From positions 32,001 through 96,000 of the IMG/VR virus record IMGVR_UViG_3300021255_000040: 64,000 nucleotides of DNA; one strand, 5' to 3'. The first letter of the stretch is position 1. Each line of letters begins with the position of its first letter. Shown here one piece after another: positions 8,678 through 18,331 of the stretch. The position numbers were made by a program, and so were the translations under genes. Under the pieces are notes generated by a model that was not told the origin of the DNA, made no database searches, and saw only the letters and a program-made list of their open reading frames with translations. This DNA comes from a virus. Its lineage: Duplodnaviria > Caudoviricetes.

Positions 8678-9034
8678 ATGAGACCAACAGAAGCAACAAA
8701 GATACAATATAATGGTTTCAACTACCTTGTTCATAATGTAATTAATGAGAACCATTATGGTAGAAAAAGAATATATCATGTTCTAACTAACAATCAGAAG
8801 TGGTGTGGCTCTTTACTCCCTGAGATAGTTGGTTATTCCAATGTAGATTCTAAAGGAGAACATGATCTGAACTACAAAAGAAACCCTTCCATGCTCACAG
8901 CTCTTAAGCCTTACTATGAAGTAGATTTTGTAGAAGATAATACATATAAGAACTATGACTTTAAGGCTATGGGTTTTCCTGTAGACAATGACTCTTACTA
9001 TAGATTCATTTATGTAGAACCCTATGATGATTAA
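8678..9034 (+). CDS. hypothetical protein
   Basis: 118-aa ORF. Confidence 0.7.
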   Translation: MRPTEATKIQYNGFNYLVHNVINENHYGRKRIYHVLTNNQKWCGSLLPEIVGYSNVDSKGEHDLNYKRNPSMLTALKPYYEVDFVEDNTYKNYDFKAMGFPVDNDSYYRFIYVEPYDD

Positions 9035-9046
9035 AACAATATAACT

Positions 9047-9532
9047 ATGAAACAAATTACAGATTTCATATATAATGATGTTGTCCTTTACGCAAAGGGA
9101 TGGTATGAACGTTCTAATAATATATGTGAAGACTTAGATTACATCTTCTCCAAGATTTACGGATGGACACAGCCAACAGAACAAGAAGTATCTCATAGAA
9201 TGATGATTGTTCTAGATAGACTCTATGAAGCAGCTGATGTAACAAAGAAAGACTGCCCTTATTGTTGGTATATGTCACATGCTTTATTTGAGGAAGAAGT
9301 AAGAAAAAGAATAAGTCTTTATAAGAATTGTTCAAGAGATATGGCTATTATTCTTACTGTTCTGTCTATTCTTCAAGGACTATCAAAAGATGATATTAAA
9401 CTCAACGCCCCTCATTACGGTAAGAAAGAACACTTTAGAATGGGTTCATTATGCGGTAAAAATCCAATATCTATGACATATACTGAAATGAACAAATTAG
9501 CACAACGGATGTTTGGAACTAATAAATCATAG
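9047..9532 (+). CDS. hypothetical protein
   Basis: 161-aa ORF, AACTATG start context. Confidence 0.7.
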   Translation: MKQITDFIYNDVVLYAKGWYERSNNICEDLDYIFSKIYGWTQPTEQEVSHRMMIVLDRLYEAADVTKKDCPYCWYMSHALFEEEVRKRISLYKNCSRDMAIILTVLSILQGLSKDDIKLNAPHYGKKEHFRMGSLCGKNPISMTYTEMNKLAQRMFGTNKS

Positions 9533-9764
9533 ACTATGACACTATCCCAAGGCTACAGGATGGCACAGGCTGCACACCATAAGCAGCCTTGCCTTGATTA
9601 TCCTTATCTAGGTATTCCTGATGAGGATGATGAAGACATTTTAAACGAAACCCAACATTAAAGATTATGATTATACTATTATTAGCATTAGTAACAACAC
9701 TGGCTATCTTCCTCATTGGAGGTATTATAGGTAATTTTATAGTCAACAAATCCAAAGAAGTATT

Positions 9765-10061
9765 ATGAATAAGACGCTATTTGATATATACAACTCCCTT
9801 AAGGCTTCTTTCGTTGAGGCTATGGAGCCTTATCTTGTGAAGCAACATGTAGTGACTTTCTCTCCTACCCTTCTTATAAATCTTCCTAATGATAACGATG
9901 AGTCATTTGAAGAGATTACAAGTATAGAGTATGATGAGAAAGAACAGACATGATATGTCCATAACTACATTACAAGCGTAGACTTGATGACCAATGAATA
10001 TTGGACACCATTAAGGGATATGTCATTTGACGAACTATTTAAAATATCAGAAAGGCTATGA
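9765..10061 (+). pseudogene. hypothetical gene with in-frame TGA at 9951-9953
   Basis: Frame stays open for 35 codons after the stop and ends in an ATGA overlap with the next gene. Confidence 0.55.
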
Positions 10062-10213
10062 TACAAAAAAGATACCAATTCCAAGGAAAATCAGGCATTG
10101 AGTGGTCTGACTGGTATGACTATGAAGATGATGATACTCAACTAGAAGGACTGCAAGACCAAAAGTGGCAACTTAAGAACAAGTATAGACAAGAATTTAG
10201 AATAAAACAATAA
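10058..10213 (+). CDS. 51-aa hypothetical protein
   Basis: MIQKRYQFQGKSGIEWSDWYDY...; ATGA-coupled start. Confidence 0.6.
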   Translation: MIQKRYQFQGKSGIEWSDWYDYEDDDTQLEGLQDQKWQLKNKYRQEFRIKQ

Positions 10214-10388
10214 AACTACAGCTATATAGAGGCTAGCATCTGTGTAGATCGAAGCAGCCTATAGTCTCTGTCACATAGGATAAATCGTAGGTTATGTACT
10301 CTAAGAGGCAGTCAGGAGTATCTGTAAAGGTTTGAAGTATTCCTAAAAGAGAATGAGATGTCTCAATAAAACTTTATGACTGTCATTT

Positions 10389-10415
10389 GGTTCCTTAGCT
10401 CAGTTGGATAGAGCA
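10389..10415 (+). pseudogene. tRNA 5' half (acceptor strand and D arm only)
   Basis: GGTTCCT-TA-GCTC-AGTTGGATA-GAGC-A with no T arm following. Confidence 0.65.
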
Positions 10416-10514
10416 TTTTCTTATGTCCTTTCTAAGAGAGGCTTAGAGGATGTTTTACCAACGAGCTATTGGAACCTTCTTTTATTACTTTTGTGCAATA
10501 AAATAGGATAACGT

Positions 10515-10985
10515 ATGTGGAATATTAGAAAAGAAGTAAGTAAAGGGGATTACATATATGCAGTAGTACCAGAGCATCCCAAAGCAACAAAGAACCACTA
10601 TGTTCTTATGCATAGAGTAGTGATGGAAAACTTCCTTGGTAGAATGCTTAAAGATAATGAAGTTGTACACCATATAGACCACAATAAAAAGAACAACGAC
10701 ATAAGTAATCTTGAATTGATGGATAAAGCCCTTCATGTAGAAATGCATAGCAAAGAGCAAGGAAGACAAATGGTAAAGCTGATATGTCCTTGGTGCAAAA
10801 AAGAATTTATTGCGGAAAAAAGATGCACACATCTACAAAAGCCCTCAAAGTATCATTGTACATGTTGCTGTAGAAGCTGTAGAGGCAAATTATATAGATA
10901 TATACAGATGAATAGAGTTACTTCAGCTATTCGAGATGCTATAAATAATAATGTAGTTGCTTCATATAAAAGATACTTAAGCTAG
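10515..10985 (+). CDS. HNH homing endonuclease with C-terminal Zn ribbon
   Basis: HRVVME...VVHHIDHNKKNNDISNLE; CPWC...CCCRSC; TACTTTTG at 10486-10493. Confidence 0.9.
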   Translation: MWNIRKEVSKGDYIYAVVPEHPKATKNHYVLMHRVVMENFLGRMLKDNEVVHHIDHNKKNNDISNLELMDKALHVEMHSKEQGRQMVKLICPWCKKEFIAEKRCTHLQKPSKYHCTCCCRSCRGKLYRYIQMNRVTSAIRDAINNNVVASYKRYLS

Positions 10986-10991
10986 AAGCAA

Positions 10992-11063
10992 GCCCCCATA
11001 GTTTAATGGAGAAAACAAGATCCTTCTAAGATTTAGTTGGTGGTTCGATTCCACCTGGGGGTA
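10992..11063 (+). tRNA. tRNA-Arg (UCU)
   Basis: GCCCCCA/TGGGGGT acceptor; AGATC-CTTCTAA-GATTT anticodon arm; GGTGG-TTCGATT-CCACC T arm. Confidence 0.9.
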
Positions 11064-11235
11064 CAGACATATTCATGTTATTTAAAGGGTTTTAGAAAGT
11101 AGAGGAGAAATAAGGAGACTGATACTAGCAAATAGCACAATCCTGTCTCCTCTATCTTTCTTTTTTGCAACCTTTAAATACACTCACAACAAATACAATT
11201 CACTTAAATATTTAACCCTTTAAACAATTAGCATT

Positions 11236-11820
11236 ATGAGTGCAAAAGAAAATAAAAGGTATTCACCAAATGAAATTACTCTTATTAATGGGCACAATGC
11301 AATTTTTGATGAACCATTGTTAAGAGAATCTATGAATTATTTAAATATGGATTTTCCACAAAAACGTGTTTTTATTGCTATTTCCTCTACAGGATACCCT
11401 GAAATTCGTTTTGCAAATAGTTATATCAAGTTACATAGAATTATAGGACAATATGTATTTAAAGATAAAGAAGGTGTATATCAATATCATCATATAGATG
11501 GAAATAAATTAAATTCTTCAGCAAAAAACCTACAACAAATGACATTATCAGAGCATCAAAAGCTGCATGGAACAGGTAGAATAATATCAGAAAAACATAG
11601 ATTAGCTATTTCAAGAGCTAGAAAAGGAAAAATTCCTTGGAATGTCAGAGCAATATTAATGCTAGACAAAAATAATAATATCATTTCTGAATTTGCTTCT
11701 ACTAAAGTAGCTGCTGAAACAATAGGTGTGTGTAAAACTGCAATTACAAACAACTTAAATAATCGAAGTAAATATTGTAATAATTATAAATTTGTGTATA
11801 AAGATGAATATATCAGCTAA
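11236..11820 (+). CDS. HNH homing endonuclease with NUMOD3/NUMOD1 domains
   Basis: LHRII...HHIDGNKLNSSAKNL; GKIPWN; FASTKVAAETIGV. Confidence 0.85.
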   Translation: MSAKENKRYSPNEITLINGHNAIFDEPLLRESMNYLNMDFPQKRVFIAISSTGYPEIRFANSYIKLHRIIGQYVFKDKEGVYQYHHIDGNKLNSSAKNLQQMTLSEHQKLHGTGRIISEKHRLAISRARKGKIPWNVRAILMLDKNNNIISEFASTKVAAETIGVCKTAITNNLNNRSKYCNNYKFVYKDEYIS

Positions 11821-12055
11821 ACAACAAGCCATTCAGGACATGATGCTTGAACTTAAAAAGCGTAACAAAAGTTTTATAGCTTTCCGTAGAGAACTTAACC
11901 CTGTAATGAGAAAGCTGGTATCCCAACAAATTAAAGAGCAGCAGAGTATTACTCCTTTCTCTACTCCTACTCCCTCAACCTCTCAACTAATAGCCCGTTG
12001 CTTCTTCTGCAAAGGCGAGATTAAATACAGTAACTATAGTAAATATTATAAATAA
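11804..12055 (+). CDS. hypothetical protein
   Basis: MNISAKQQ start overlapping the HNH end; CFFC near the C-terminus. Confidence 0.6.
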   Translation: MNISAKQQAIQDMMLELKKRNKSFIAFRRELNPVMRKLVSQQIKEQQSITPFSTPTPSTSQLIARCFFCKGEIKYSNYSKYYK

Positions 12056-12068
12056 AGGAGAAATAACT

Positions 12069-12320
12069 ATGGCAACAATTAAATCATATACAGACTTGCG
12101 TTATCAAGTATATTCCTTAAAAAGAAATGGTGATTTGGATAAACCTATTACAATACCAATATTGACAAGGGAAAGGGCTAATAAGTATTTCAGTGATTGT
12201 GTCCAATGTGCCATTGTTTCTATTGACGAACATGGTTCTATCGTTGAAATTATTGAAAAAAATACAGAACCGATAAAAACTAATAATAATAAACCCAAAA
12301 CCATAAAACGAAAAATATGA
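12069..12320 (+). CDS. hypothetical protein
   Basis: 83-aa ORF, ATGA-coupled to the next gene. Confidence 0.6.
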   Translation: MATIKSYTDLRYQVYSLKRNGDLDKPITIPILTRERANKYFSDCVQCAIVSIDEHGSIVEIIEKNTEPIKTNNNKPKTIKRKI

Positions 12321-12646
12321 AAAACTATACAGATTTAGAACAATCAAAGAAGTTAGCGGAGATACTGCCACTTGATAGTGCTGATATGTACTATGACAAG
12401 GTAACCAAAATTCCTTATTATTCATTAAGTGGAAGTGTTCCTAAAGATTGGTTTATTCCAGCATGGAGTCTTTCAAGTTTGCTTAATGTTTTGCAAAATC
12501 CTTCATTACATAAAACTTATACAGGTTGGCGATGCGATACTTATAATGAGAATTGTACTGAGTGTAAATTAGGAGACACAGCAGATAATCCTATTGATGC
12601 TTGCTACAATATGATTATAGATTTACATGAACAAAATTTGTTGTGA
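12317..12646 (+). CDS. conserved phage hypothetical protein
   Basis: YTDLEQSKKL...ADMYY...IPAWSLSSLL; resembles 56617..57114. Confidence 0.7.
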   Translation: MKNYTDLEQSKKLAEILPLDSADMYYDKVTKIPYYSLSGSVPKDWFIPAWSLSSLLNVLQNPSLHKTYTGWRCDTYNENCTECKLGDTADNPIDACYNMIIDLHEQNLL

Positions 12647-13051
12647 ATGACACAAGAAGATAAAAAACTATTGTTGAAAGACCTTTGTGCAAGGTTACCA
12701 TATGGGGTTAAAGGAATCAGGACATATAAACCCGAAGAAACAATTACACTTACCGAGATTATACCAAGATGTAAAATGAATCCCAATATTGGAAATGGCT
12801 CATTTTGTGAACTTGGATTCGATGAAACACTCGACTGCTGTGTTATTACAGAATTTAAGCCCTATCTCCGTCCAATGTCAAGTATGACTGAGGAAGAGAA
12901 GAATATCTACGAATACAATAGAAACAGCAATGTTGAAGTTGTGAGAACAGCATTATTTGATTGGCTCAATAAGAATCATTTTGACTATCGTGGTTTAATA
13001 CCAATTGGTCTTGCATTAGAGGCTCCAGAAGGAATGTATAATGTAAAATAG
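12647..13051 (+). CDS. conserved Bacteroidota phage protein
   Basis: LLKDLCARLPYGVK...KPYLRPMSSMTEEE...HFDYRGLI. Confidence 0.75.
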   Translation: MTQEDKKLLLKDLCARLPYGVKGIRTYKPEETITLTEIIPRCKMNPNIGNGSFCELGFDETLDCCVITEFKPYLRPMSSMTEEEKNIYEYNRNSNVEVVRTALFDWLNKNHFDYRGLIPIGLALEAPEGMYNVK

Positions 13052-13060
13052 AAATTAATT

Positions 13061-14566
13061 ATGGATTACAAGAAATTACATAAAGATACTATAACCAAAC
13101 TACAAGAGATGGTTAATAGTGGAAAAATTACAGTCGAAACTGCGTGCAGTATATGTGCAGATTTTGTTCCAGAGTCAGAGGATGAGAGTATAAGAAATGG
13201 GCTTATTGAATATATAAAAGACCAGCAATCTTCTTTTATCTCTGCACCAGATTGTAGAGATAAGTATGAAGAAGAGGAGAATAATAAGTATAACTCTTGG
13301 ATTGCTTGGCTTGAAAAGCAAGGTGAACAAAAGTCTATATGGCATAATGAAGATGAAGAACCCCAAAGAGGTAGTCTTATCCTTCTCATTATGCAAAGTA
13401 GAACTCCCATTGTCGCTAAAATAATAGAACCTAATCACACTTTCAATCATGGAGAAAGATGGGCTTATATTGATGATTTGCTTGAAAAGGAAGGTGAGAA
13501 ACCTGCTGATAAAGTTAAGCCAAAGTTTAAGGTTGGCGACTGGTGCATAGATAATGAAGATGGCACTATATTTCAAATAGTGAAAGTATTAGATAATACT
13601 TATACCTATAAGGCAAATGAAGGTAAAGAGTATTCTTGTACGCATTATTCTTTGGAAAATGATGCAAGAATTTGGACTATTCAAGATGCAAAGGAGGGTG
13701 ATGTGCTTTTTCAAGATTTAATGGGTGGTAAAACATTTATTTATAATGGCATTAACCCTAGCATGGCAATACTTTATTCTTTTATTATAAGTAATGATGG
13801 TGAAGATGTTTTGCCATATCATATAGGTAAACCAAACACAGGTATAGGAAATATTGAAGAAAACAAAAATATCATTCATCCTGCAACCAAAGAACAGCGT
13901 GACCTATTATTCCAAAAGATGAAAGAAGCTGGGTATGAATGGGATGCTGAGAAGAAAGAGTTGAAGAAAATCCACAATGCATTAGAAGAATGTGAAATAA
14001 AAAATATAGAACATGGCAAATACTATTATTGTATTAAAGATTACTTCTGTGGTGGCAGAAAACAAGCATCTAAAGGTGATGTTGTTCAGGCATTAAGAGG
14101 TATGAGTATGATGGCTCTTGGTGTAAAAGCCAATGAATATTTTATTCCTGTTAATACAATTAAACAAATGTCTACTTGGAGTGAAGATGATGAAAGAATA
14201 TATAGAGGACTACATAATTTAATCTATTCTACTCCATATTGCGATTCAAGAAAAGAATTGTCTGACTGGTTCAAATCCCTTAAAGAACGTGTTCAGCTAC
14301 AACCAAAGCAAGAGTGGAGTGAAGAGGATGAAAAGATGCTAAATCATGTTATTATTGATATAGAATCTCTAAAAGAGTATGTTTATTGTAAACATTTGTG
14401 CGATGAAGAAATTACTTGGCTCAAATCTCTCAAAGACAGATACACTTGGAAGCCGAGTATAGCACAATTAAATGCTCTTAGTATTGTGTCAAAAGGAAAT
14501 GCTCCTGATGATATAGAAGCTATTGTGTCACTCTATCAAGATTTATTGAAACTAAGGGAGGAATAG
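13061..14566 (+). CDS. mosaic repeat-containing protein
   Basis: 501 aa; repeated (W)SEEDE...W(L/F)KSLK units; KPKFKVGDW SH3-like module. Confidence 0.8.
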   Translation: MDYKKLHKDTITKLQEMVNSGKITVETACSICADFVPESEDESIRNGLIEYIKDQQSSFISAPDCRDKYEEEENNKYNSWIAWLEKQGEQKSIWHNEDEEPQRGSLILLIMQSRTPIVAKIIEPNHTFNHGERWAYIDDLLEKEGEKPADKVKPKFKVGDWCIDNEDGTIFQIVKVLDNTYTYKANEGKEYSCTHYSLENDARIWTIQDAKEGDVLFQDLMGGKTFIYNGINPSMAILYSFIISNDGEDVLPYHIGKPNTGIGNIEENKNIIHPATKEQRDLLFQKMKEAGYEWDAEKKELKKIHNALEECEIKNIEHGKYYYCIKDYFCGGRKQASKGDVVQALRGMSMMALGVKANEYFIPVNTIKQMSTWSEDDERIYRGLHNLIYSTPYCDSRKELSDWFKSLKERVQLQPKQEWSEEDEKMLNHVIIDIESLKEYVYCKHLCDEEITWLKSLKDRYTWKPSIAQLNALSIVSKGNAPDDIEAIVSLYQDLLKLREE

Positions 14567-14568
14567 TT

Positions 14569-14751
14569 ATGAAAGCAAACGAATTATTAGACAAGGCTCT
14601 TGATTTTATCGTAGAGACGCAAGAACAGGATGATTATATCTGTGAGCAGATGTGTGAAGAATATGTTGGCGACTACTGTGAGAAAAATTGTCAGAATCTC
14701 AACAAAGAATGCGTTAAGTTATTTTTGCAAAAAGTATATAATAAAGGATAA
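14569..14751 (+). CDS. small Cys-rich protein
   Basis: MKANEL start, five Cys. Confidence 0.6.
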   Translation: MKANELLDKALDFIVETQEQDDYICEQMCEEYVGDYCEKNCQNLNKECVKLFLQKVYNKG

Positions 14752-14755
14752 AGTT

Positions 14756-15172
14756 ATGAAAGAAAACGAATTAAGTTGCAAAGACCTTATGATTGGGGAT
14801 TATTTTCGTACAAAATTTGCCCAAAAGGTAGTAAAGGTTAAGGAAATAAAGCAAAGTTGTGTTTATACTGAAAATAATGGATATGAGTACAATGAAATAG
14901 AGCCAATACTACTCACCCCAGAGATTCTTGAAAAGAATGGGTTTAAAAGAGACCCACTTTGGCATCATTGTGATAAAGATTTAGATAATTACTCTATATC
15001 AGTGCAATTAGGCTATGCAAACAGAATAGAGTACATCAAAATTGCCGAGAAAGGTAAAGACAATGTTATACCAAGTGAAAGGACAAAGATGTATCTTACT
15101 CATATTAAATATTTGCATCAACTACAGCACGCTTTAAGGCTTTGTGGAATTGAAAAAACTATTGAATTATGA
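14756..15172 (+). CDS. hypothetical protein, paralogue of 54939..55310
   Basis: LMIGD...PILLTPEILEKNGF...YLHQLQHALRLCGI. Confidence 0.75.
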   Translation: MKENELSCKDLMIGDYFRTKFAQKVVKVKEIKQSCVYTENNGYEYNEIEPILLTPEILEKNGFKRDPLWHHCDKDLDNYSISVQLGYANRIEYIKIAEKGKDNVIPSERTKMYLTHIKYLHQLQHALRLCGIEKTIEL

Positions 15173-15417
15173 AAGCAAACGAAGCACCAGAGAAATTATA
15201 TTTTGGAGTAGCTGATAAAAGTGTATTAGACATTTTTTCAACCAAAGAGCGTGATGATGAGATTGAATACACCCGCACTGATGCCTTTATTGAGAAGGCA
15301 GAAAATTTCTTGGAAATGTTAGGCTATGGGTTTACTATTACAGATAATATAACTCATACAAATTATGATAAAGAACAGTTGATTGATGACTTTAGAAAAT
15401 ATATGGAAGGAGAGTAA
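15169..15417 (+). CDS. hypothetical protein
   Basis: MKANEAPEKLY; ATGA overlap. Confidence 0.7.
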   Translation: MKANEAPEKLYFGVADKSVLDIFSTKERDDEIEYTRTDAFIEKAENFLEMLGYGFTITDNITHTNYDKEQLIDDFRKYMEGE

Positions 15418-15420
15418 GTT

Positions 15421-15720
15421 ATGGCAAAGACGATTAAGATAACATTCTATAATCCAAAAGAACTTTGGCGCATGTTTTGGAATTGGGTTTATTGGCCGCG
15501 TCGCAAGCAATGCGCAGAATGGATTTCTTTTCTACAAGGTCAACTTGAGTATAAGATAGTCAATGACGTGTTGATTGGTAAATACTATAACGAAGGGTTG
15601 ATTGATGGCGACTTGTGCGATAAACTTGAATTAGACATAAAGCAAGCCATTGAGGAAATCTTGGATAAGTTTGTAGATGTTTTGAAAACGCCTATACCTT
15701 TAGACGATGAAAAAGATTAA
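15421..15720 (+). CDS. hypothetical protein
   Basis: 99-aa ORF in a packed array. Confidence 0.65.
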   Translation: MAKTIKITFYNPKELWRMFWNWVYWPRRKQCAEWISFLQGQLEYKIVNDVLIGKYYNEGLIDGDLCDKLELDIKQAIEEILDKFVDVLKTPIPLDDEKD

Positions 15721-15940
15721 GACTATGAACGTAGAATTAACGAAAAAAGACATCATACACCTACTTAGGGGTGTTGAACCAAGTTATGACAAGATGGGAA
15801 TAGTGGAGGATATGGGGTTAGGGTTCTACACTGGAGGATTTGAAGATAGATTTGAGTGGCAATATCCTAACTATCATCTTTGGGAAAAGTATTCCGAGGA
15901 AGAATTGTACGGATTATATATAAAACTCACAAAAGAGTAA
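15707..15940 (+). CDS. hypothetical protein
   Basis: 77-aa ORF in a packed array. Confidence 0.65.
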   Translation: MKKIKTMNVELTKKDIIHLLRGVEPSYDKMGIVEDMGLGFYTGGFEDRFEWQYPNYHLWEKYSEEELYGLYIKLTKE

Positions 15941-16123
15941 GATTATGAAGAAGTTTCTGATAACCATATCCCCTCTTTGTGCGATATTGTTCGTTCTTAT
16001 GTGGATTTCATGTGGATTGAAATGTGTGTTGGCATTCTTTGGCGCAATGCTGTTTATTGTTGCTTTGGCATTTGGGTTTGCGAAGTGGATTGAGTTCGTT
16101 GATAAACATATAAAAGATTGATT

Positions 16124-16627
16124 ATGAAACTGATAGACAAAGACGCTTTAATAGCGGAGATACAGAGAAGGGCGATAAAGGCTGGCTTGCATGATGGCGT
16201 AATTGCTGAAACAAGGGAAGATGAATGTTATTCTATTCTTTCTCTTATCGACACCCTTGAAGTGGTAAACCCTTATGAACAGTGTATTCAATATTCAAGC
16301 ATAGAACAAGGTATAAAAGCTCATGCTGAAGAATATTCTTTCAACATAGAAAGTGAGTTGTTTAATCAACTTACGAAAGAACAACAAGCCTTATGGAGAA
16401 ATGAAATTGAACAAACTTATATTAGCGGTGGCGAAATGGGTGTTGAACTTGCAAAAGATGCACGTTATAAGGAAAACCTTAAAGTGAAAGAGGCAGACTT
16501 GGAAAAAGAATACGAAGAGTTTGTTATGAATGACCCCGTATATAATAAGTTGGTGAATGGTATTGTTGGTAAGGCTATTGCCAAACATTTCTTTGAACTT
16601 GGACTTAAAGTACAGAAAGTAGAATAG
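16124..16627 (+). CDS. hypothetical protein
   Basis: MKLIDKDALIAEI...IAKHFFELGLK. Confidence 0.7.
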   Translation: MKLIDKDALIAEIQRRAIKAGLHDGVIAETREDECYSILSLIDTLEVVNPYEQCIQYSSIEQGIKAHAEEYSFNIESELFNQLTKEQQALWRNEIEQTYISGGEMGVELAKDARYKENLKVKEADLEKEYEEFVMNDPVYNKLVNGIVGKAIAKHFFELGLKVQKVE

Positions 16628-17065
16628 TATGGAAAAAGAATATAAAATACCTTTATATAATAATAATAAAAGTTATGTTATAATGAAAGGAGAATGTTCT
16701 CATATAGCACTAATTAGAGCAAGGAGAGCGTTTCCAAATACTTCGTTTAATAATCATAGAATTAAGACGCTAAAAACAAAATAATTATGAAAGAGCTAAG
16801 GATGATTACGACAATGTTGATAATATTGTAAAATGGATAGAAATTACTTAAAGCACAGAAAGGAGAAGTATGAAGGTTAATGCAAAACAGTTAGCGCAAT
16901 ATTTACTTAGACACCCAGATTATGAGGTGCTTATACCTACAAAAAGCGGTGTTTATTATCCAGTTGTTGATGCACAAGTTGGCAAAAATGTATTCTATTT
17001 AATTGGATATACTGGAAAATAAAAATGCGACGAATAATGGAATAAAATACAGAAAGGAGAAGAGT

Positions 17066-17707
17066 ATGATAGACAACAGAATTGAGAAAATCAGAGCTGA
17101 GATTGAAAGGCGTTTAGAAGATGCTAAAGCAGGTGTTAGACAAAATCAAAACGGAGTAAAATTTGAAATTGATAACAAGCAAGACCTTGTGATTTGGCAA
17201 CACCTTGAAAGTATGGCAGTACAGCTTCTTTCCTTCATAGACTCCTTGCAAGAAGAGCCTGTAAGCATTTGGCATGATGCAAGTAAGAAATCAGATAATC
17301 CAGAAGATGTTGTAATAATAAACCCTTCCGATAATACAGGTGAAGTACTTACAAAATGTACAGGTGTTAATCAAGGTCATATTTGGGCATATATATCTGA
17401 ACTGCTAAAACTTGATAATCTTTGCAACATTGGAAAGAATTTGCAAGAATCACAAGTTAAAGAATCAGCAGAAATTCAACACGTCAATGAAACGTGTAAA
17501 GAAAATGGCGATTCCTTAACACAAGAGTCTGTAATCAATGTATGGCATGATATGTCAGAGGAGGCAGAAAATGGTAGAAACATCATTATCATTGACCCAA
17601 AAGACTTCTATGGTGCTGTATTAAGGAGAGGTGGCTCGCAATTAAAAAATCACAATAAAGAAAGGTATGTGAAATGGGCGTATGTTGACGAATTGATAGA
17701 ACTATGA
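17066..17707 (+). CDS. hypothetical protein with duplicated WHD..WAY module
   Basis: SIWHDAS...WAYISELL and NVWHDMS...WAYVDELI. Confidence 0.7.
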   Translation: MIDNRIEKIRAEIERRLEDAKAGVRQNQNGVKFEIDNKQDLVIWQHLESMAVQLLSFIDSLQEEPVSIWHDASKKSDNPEDVVIINPSDNTGEVLTKCTGVNQGHIWAYISELLKLDNLCNIGKNLQESQVKESAEIQHVNETCKENGDSLTQESVINVWHDMSEEAENGRNIIIIDPKDFYGAVLRRGGSQLKNHNKERYVKWAYVDELIEL

Positions 17708-17982
17708 AAGCAAATGAACTGACTGGCAAGATTCTGTTGTCTAACGGCTTTAAGGAGACTGAGAATGATGTATATGAATGCTTCTTACAAGTGTCAGAGC
17801 CTCTTGATACTGGCGACACAGATGTCTATTACAGACGGCTATACATGTATTACAACTATTTGGAGTGGCGGTGGTCTGTGTGGTATCTTGGTGGAGAAGG
17901 TAAGCGGCATTTAGGCTATTGCAAGACTGTTAAACAACTGAATAAACTATTGCAAAAGAATAAAATTGAAAAAGAAATATAA
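17704..17982 (+). CDS. hypothetical protein
   Basis: MKANEL start, ATGA overlap. Confidence 0.65.
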   Translation: MKANELTGKILLSNGFKETENDVYECFLQVSEPLDTGDTDVYYRRLYMYYNYLEWRWSVWYLGGEGKRHLGYCKTVKQLNKLLQKNKIEKEI

Positions 17983-17984
17983 CT

Positions 17985-18326
17985 ATGAGTATTGATAGTA
18001 AGATTACATGGGCTATATTGGAGAAATATGGCTATCATGCTCCTTATACTGGTGATATTAACAACTATAACACTTACCTCCATGAGTTATTACATCATAT
18101 TGGTGAAGATTTCTTAGAAAAGATTCATATTGACAACAAGATTAATGGTGTTATTACAAGAGAAACAAAACAAAGATACCAACTTATATCATCTCATAGT
18201 GCAAGAAGATCATTTGCTACTATTAATACTCTTAGAAATATTCCAAGAAATAAGATTCTTAGAGCTACAGGGCATTCAAGCGAAAAAGCATTTGTACGAT
18301 ATATCTGCTATGATGAAGATAGCTAA
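17985..18326 (+). CDS. C-terminal fragment of a tyrosine recombinase/integrase
   Basis: ISSHSARRSFAT...TGHSSEKAFVRYI (HxxR, H, Y present); N-terminal domains and first catalytic Arg absent. Confidence 0.8.
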   Translation: MSIDSKITWAILEKYGYHAPYTGDINNYNTYLHELLHHIGEDFLEKIHIDNKINGVITRETKQRYQLISSHSARRSFATINTLRNIPRNKILRATGHSSEKAFVRYICYDEDS

Positions 18327-18331
18327 AAACA

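Noticed and set aside
17985-18326. Evidence for a temperate lifestyle
   Set aside because: The recombinase is only a C-terminal fragment, and I identified no att duplication or repressor
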